64,000 nucleotides of DNA from an uncultured Actinomycetes bacterium (GTDB lineage: Bacteria > Actinomycetota > Thermoleophilia > UBA2241). The stretch covers positions 1 to 64,000 of the forward strand of contig CAVPVX010000010.1 in assembly GCA_963709345.1 (NCBI GenBank). Direction: 5' to 3'. Shown here piece by piece: positions 62,841 through 64,000 of this stretch. Numbering within the stretch: position 1 is the first letter of the stretch; the number at the start of each line of letters is the position of its first letter. A program made the position numbers and the translations under genes. Below the pieces are notes generated by a model that was not told where the DNA came from, did no database searches, and saw nothing but the letters and a program-made list of their open reading frames with translations.

Positions 62841-64000
62841 ATGGATTTCTACAGCGGACAGGTACTCAGGCTCGATCTCTCCAGCCTGCACGCGTCGGTC
62901 GAGCCGCTCGACCTCGAGTGGGCCCGGCTCTACATCGGCGGCAAGGGACTGCTGCTGCGATATCTCTTCGCCGAACTGGCGCCGGGAACGGAAGCCCTCG
63001 CCCCGGAGAACCCGCTGATCCTGGCGACGGGGCCCTTCGCCGGCACTGCCGTGGCGACGTGCTCGCGCCTGGCGGTGGGCTGCAAGAGCCCGGCCACCGG
63101 CACGCTGCTCGACTCCTACGTCGGCGGCTCGTTCGCTCCCGAGCTCAAGTACGCCGGCTACGACCTCGTCATCGTGACGGGCCGCGCTCCCGAGCCGACC
63201 CTGGTGCGCATCGAGGACGATCACGTGGAGTTCGTGCCGGCCGAGGGCCGGTACTGGGGCCTCGAGACGGCGGCGCTCGAAGCGCTGATCCGCGAGGAGA
63301 TGGGGCCGGCGGCCAAGGTGCTCTCAACCGGGCCCGCCGGCGAGAACCTCGTGCCTTACGCGTGCCTCTCGACCGATCAGTACCACAAGGCCGGCCGCGG
63401 CGGCGCCGGAGCCGTGATGGGCAGCAAGAACCTGAAGGCCATCGCCGTTCGCGGCACCGGCGCCGTCACCGTGCCCGACATGACGGTCTTCGCGACCGAC
63501 ATGCTCCGGCTGCAGAACGAACGCGTCCTGACGGTCGACAACGCCTGGACGTACGAGGAGGGCACGCCGTTCCTCGTCGCCGCCGTCAACGGAGCCGGCG
63601 CTCTGCCGACGCGCAACTGGAGCACGGGCACCTTCGACGGCGCCGACACGATCGACTCGACGGCGCTGCTGAGCATCCGCACGAAGATCCGTGCGTGCAG
63701 CCAGTGCCCTCTAGCCTGCCGCCAGGTGCACGACTTCGGCGATCACGTCTGTGAGGGCCCCGAGTTCGAGACCCTGGGTCTCTGCGGCTCGAACTGCGGG
63801 GTGAGTGACCTGGCTGCGGTGGCCGCCTTCAACCGGGAGTGCGACGAACTCGGGCTCGACACCATGTCGACTGGTGCGGTCGTGGCCCTGGCCATGGACC
63901 TCTGCGAGCAGGGCGCCGCCGACTACGGCCTTGCCTTCGGCGACACGTCCGGCTACCTCGAGGCGCCGCGCCTGATCGCGAGCCGCCGGGGGTACGGCGC
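62841..64000 (+). CDS. Aldehyde:ferredoxin oxidoreductase (W/Mo AOR family), 3' truncated; absent from the ORF track
   Basis: MDFYSGQVLRLDLS, YIGGKG, KSPATG, LKYAGYD, GPAGENLV, AGRGGAGAVMGSKNLKAI, C..CP.AC, EGPEFET, CDELGLDTMS. Confidence 0.92.
   Translation, partial: MDFYSGQVLRLDLSSLHASVEPLDLEWARLYIGGKGLLLRYLFAELAPGTEALAPENPLILATGPFAGTAVATCSRLAVGCKSPATGTLLDSYVGGSFAPELKYAGYDLVIVTGRAPEPTLVRIEDDHVEFVPAEGRYWGLETAALEALIREEMGPAAKVLSTGPAGENLVPYACLSTDQYHKAGRGGAGAVMGSKNLKAIAVRGTGAVTVPDMTVFATDMLRLQNERVLTVDNAWTYEEGTPFLVAAVNGAGALPTRNWSTGTFDGADTIDSTALLSIRTKIRACSQCPLACRQVHDFGDHVCEGPEFETLGLCGSNCGVSDLAAVAAFNRECDELGLDTMSTGAVVALAMDLCEQGAADYGLAFGDTSGYLEAPRLIASRRGYG

Overview
High-GC bacterial DNA, probably an anaerobic actinobacterium; the PimA-like gene, actinobacterial-style promoters and ferredoxin-dependent enzymes point that way, but the lineage is an inference. 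The first 2.7 kb holds a lipid cluster (flippase-like gene, plsY, PimA-like glycosyltransferase) and tRNA-Asp. The remaining ~61 kb is one catabolic region. It contains eight pyrrolysine-free MttB-superfamily methyltransferases and two corrinoid proteins. It also has three histidine-ammonia-lyase-family paralogues: canonical HutH, a YNH variant, and an MIO-less enzyme resembling ergothionase. The rest comprises hutU/hutI/formiminotransferase interleaved with korDABC and sucCD, iorAB-paaK, a Dpp/Opp ABC importer, an opine dehydrogenase, two orphan molybdopterin enzymes, a xanthine-dehydrogenase-family trio, an AOR and several regulators. A 16-bp palindrome, GTCC(A/C)G-N4-CTGGAC, sits exactly 15 bp upstream of the -35 box at six promoters, which suggests one activator-controlled regulon. 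The best working hypothesis is anaerobic catabolism of N-methylated histidine derivatives or amino-acid betaines (hercynine, ergothioneine, methylhistidines). Many genes carry single-base frameshifts that look like long-read assembly errors.
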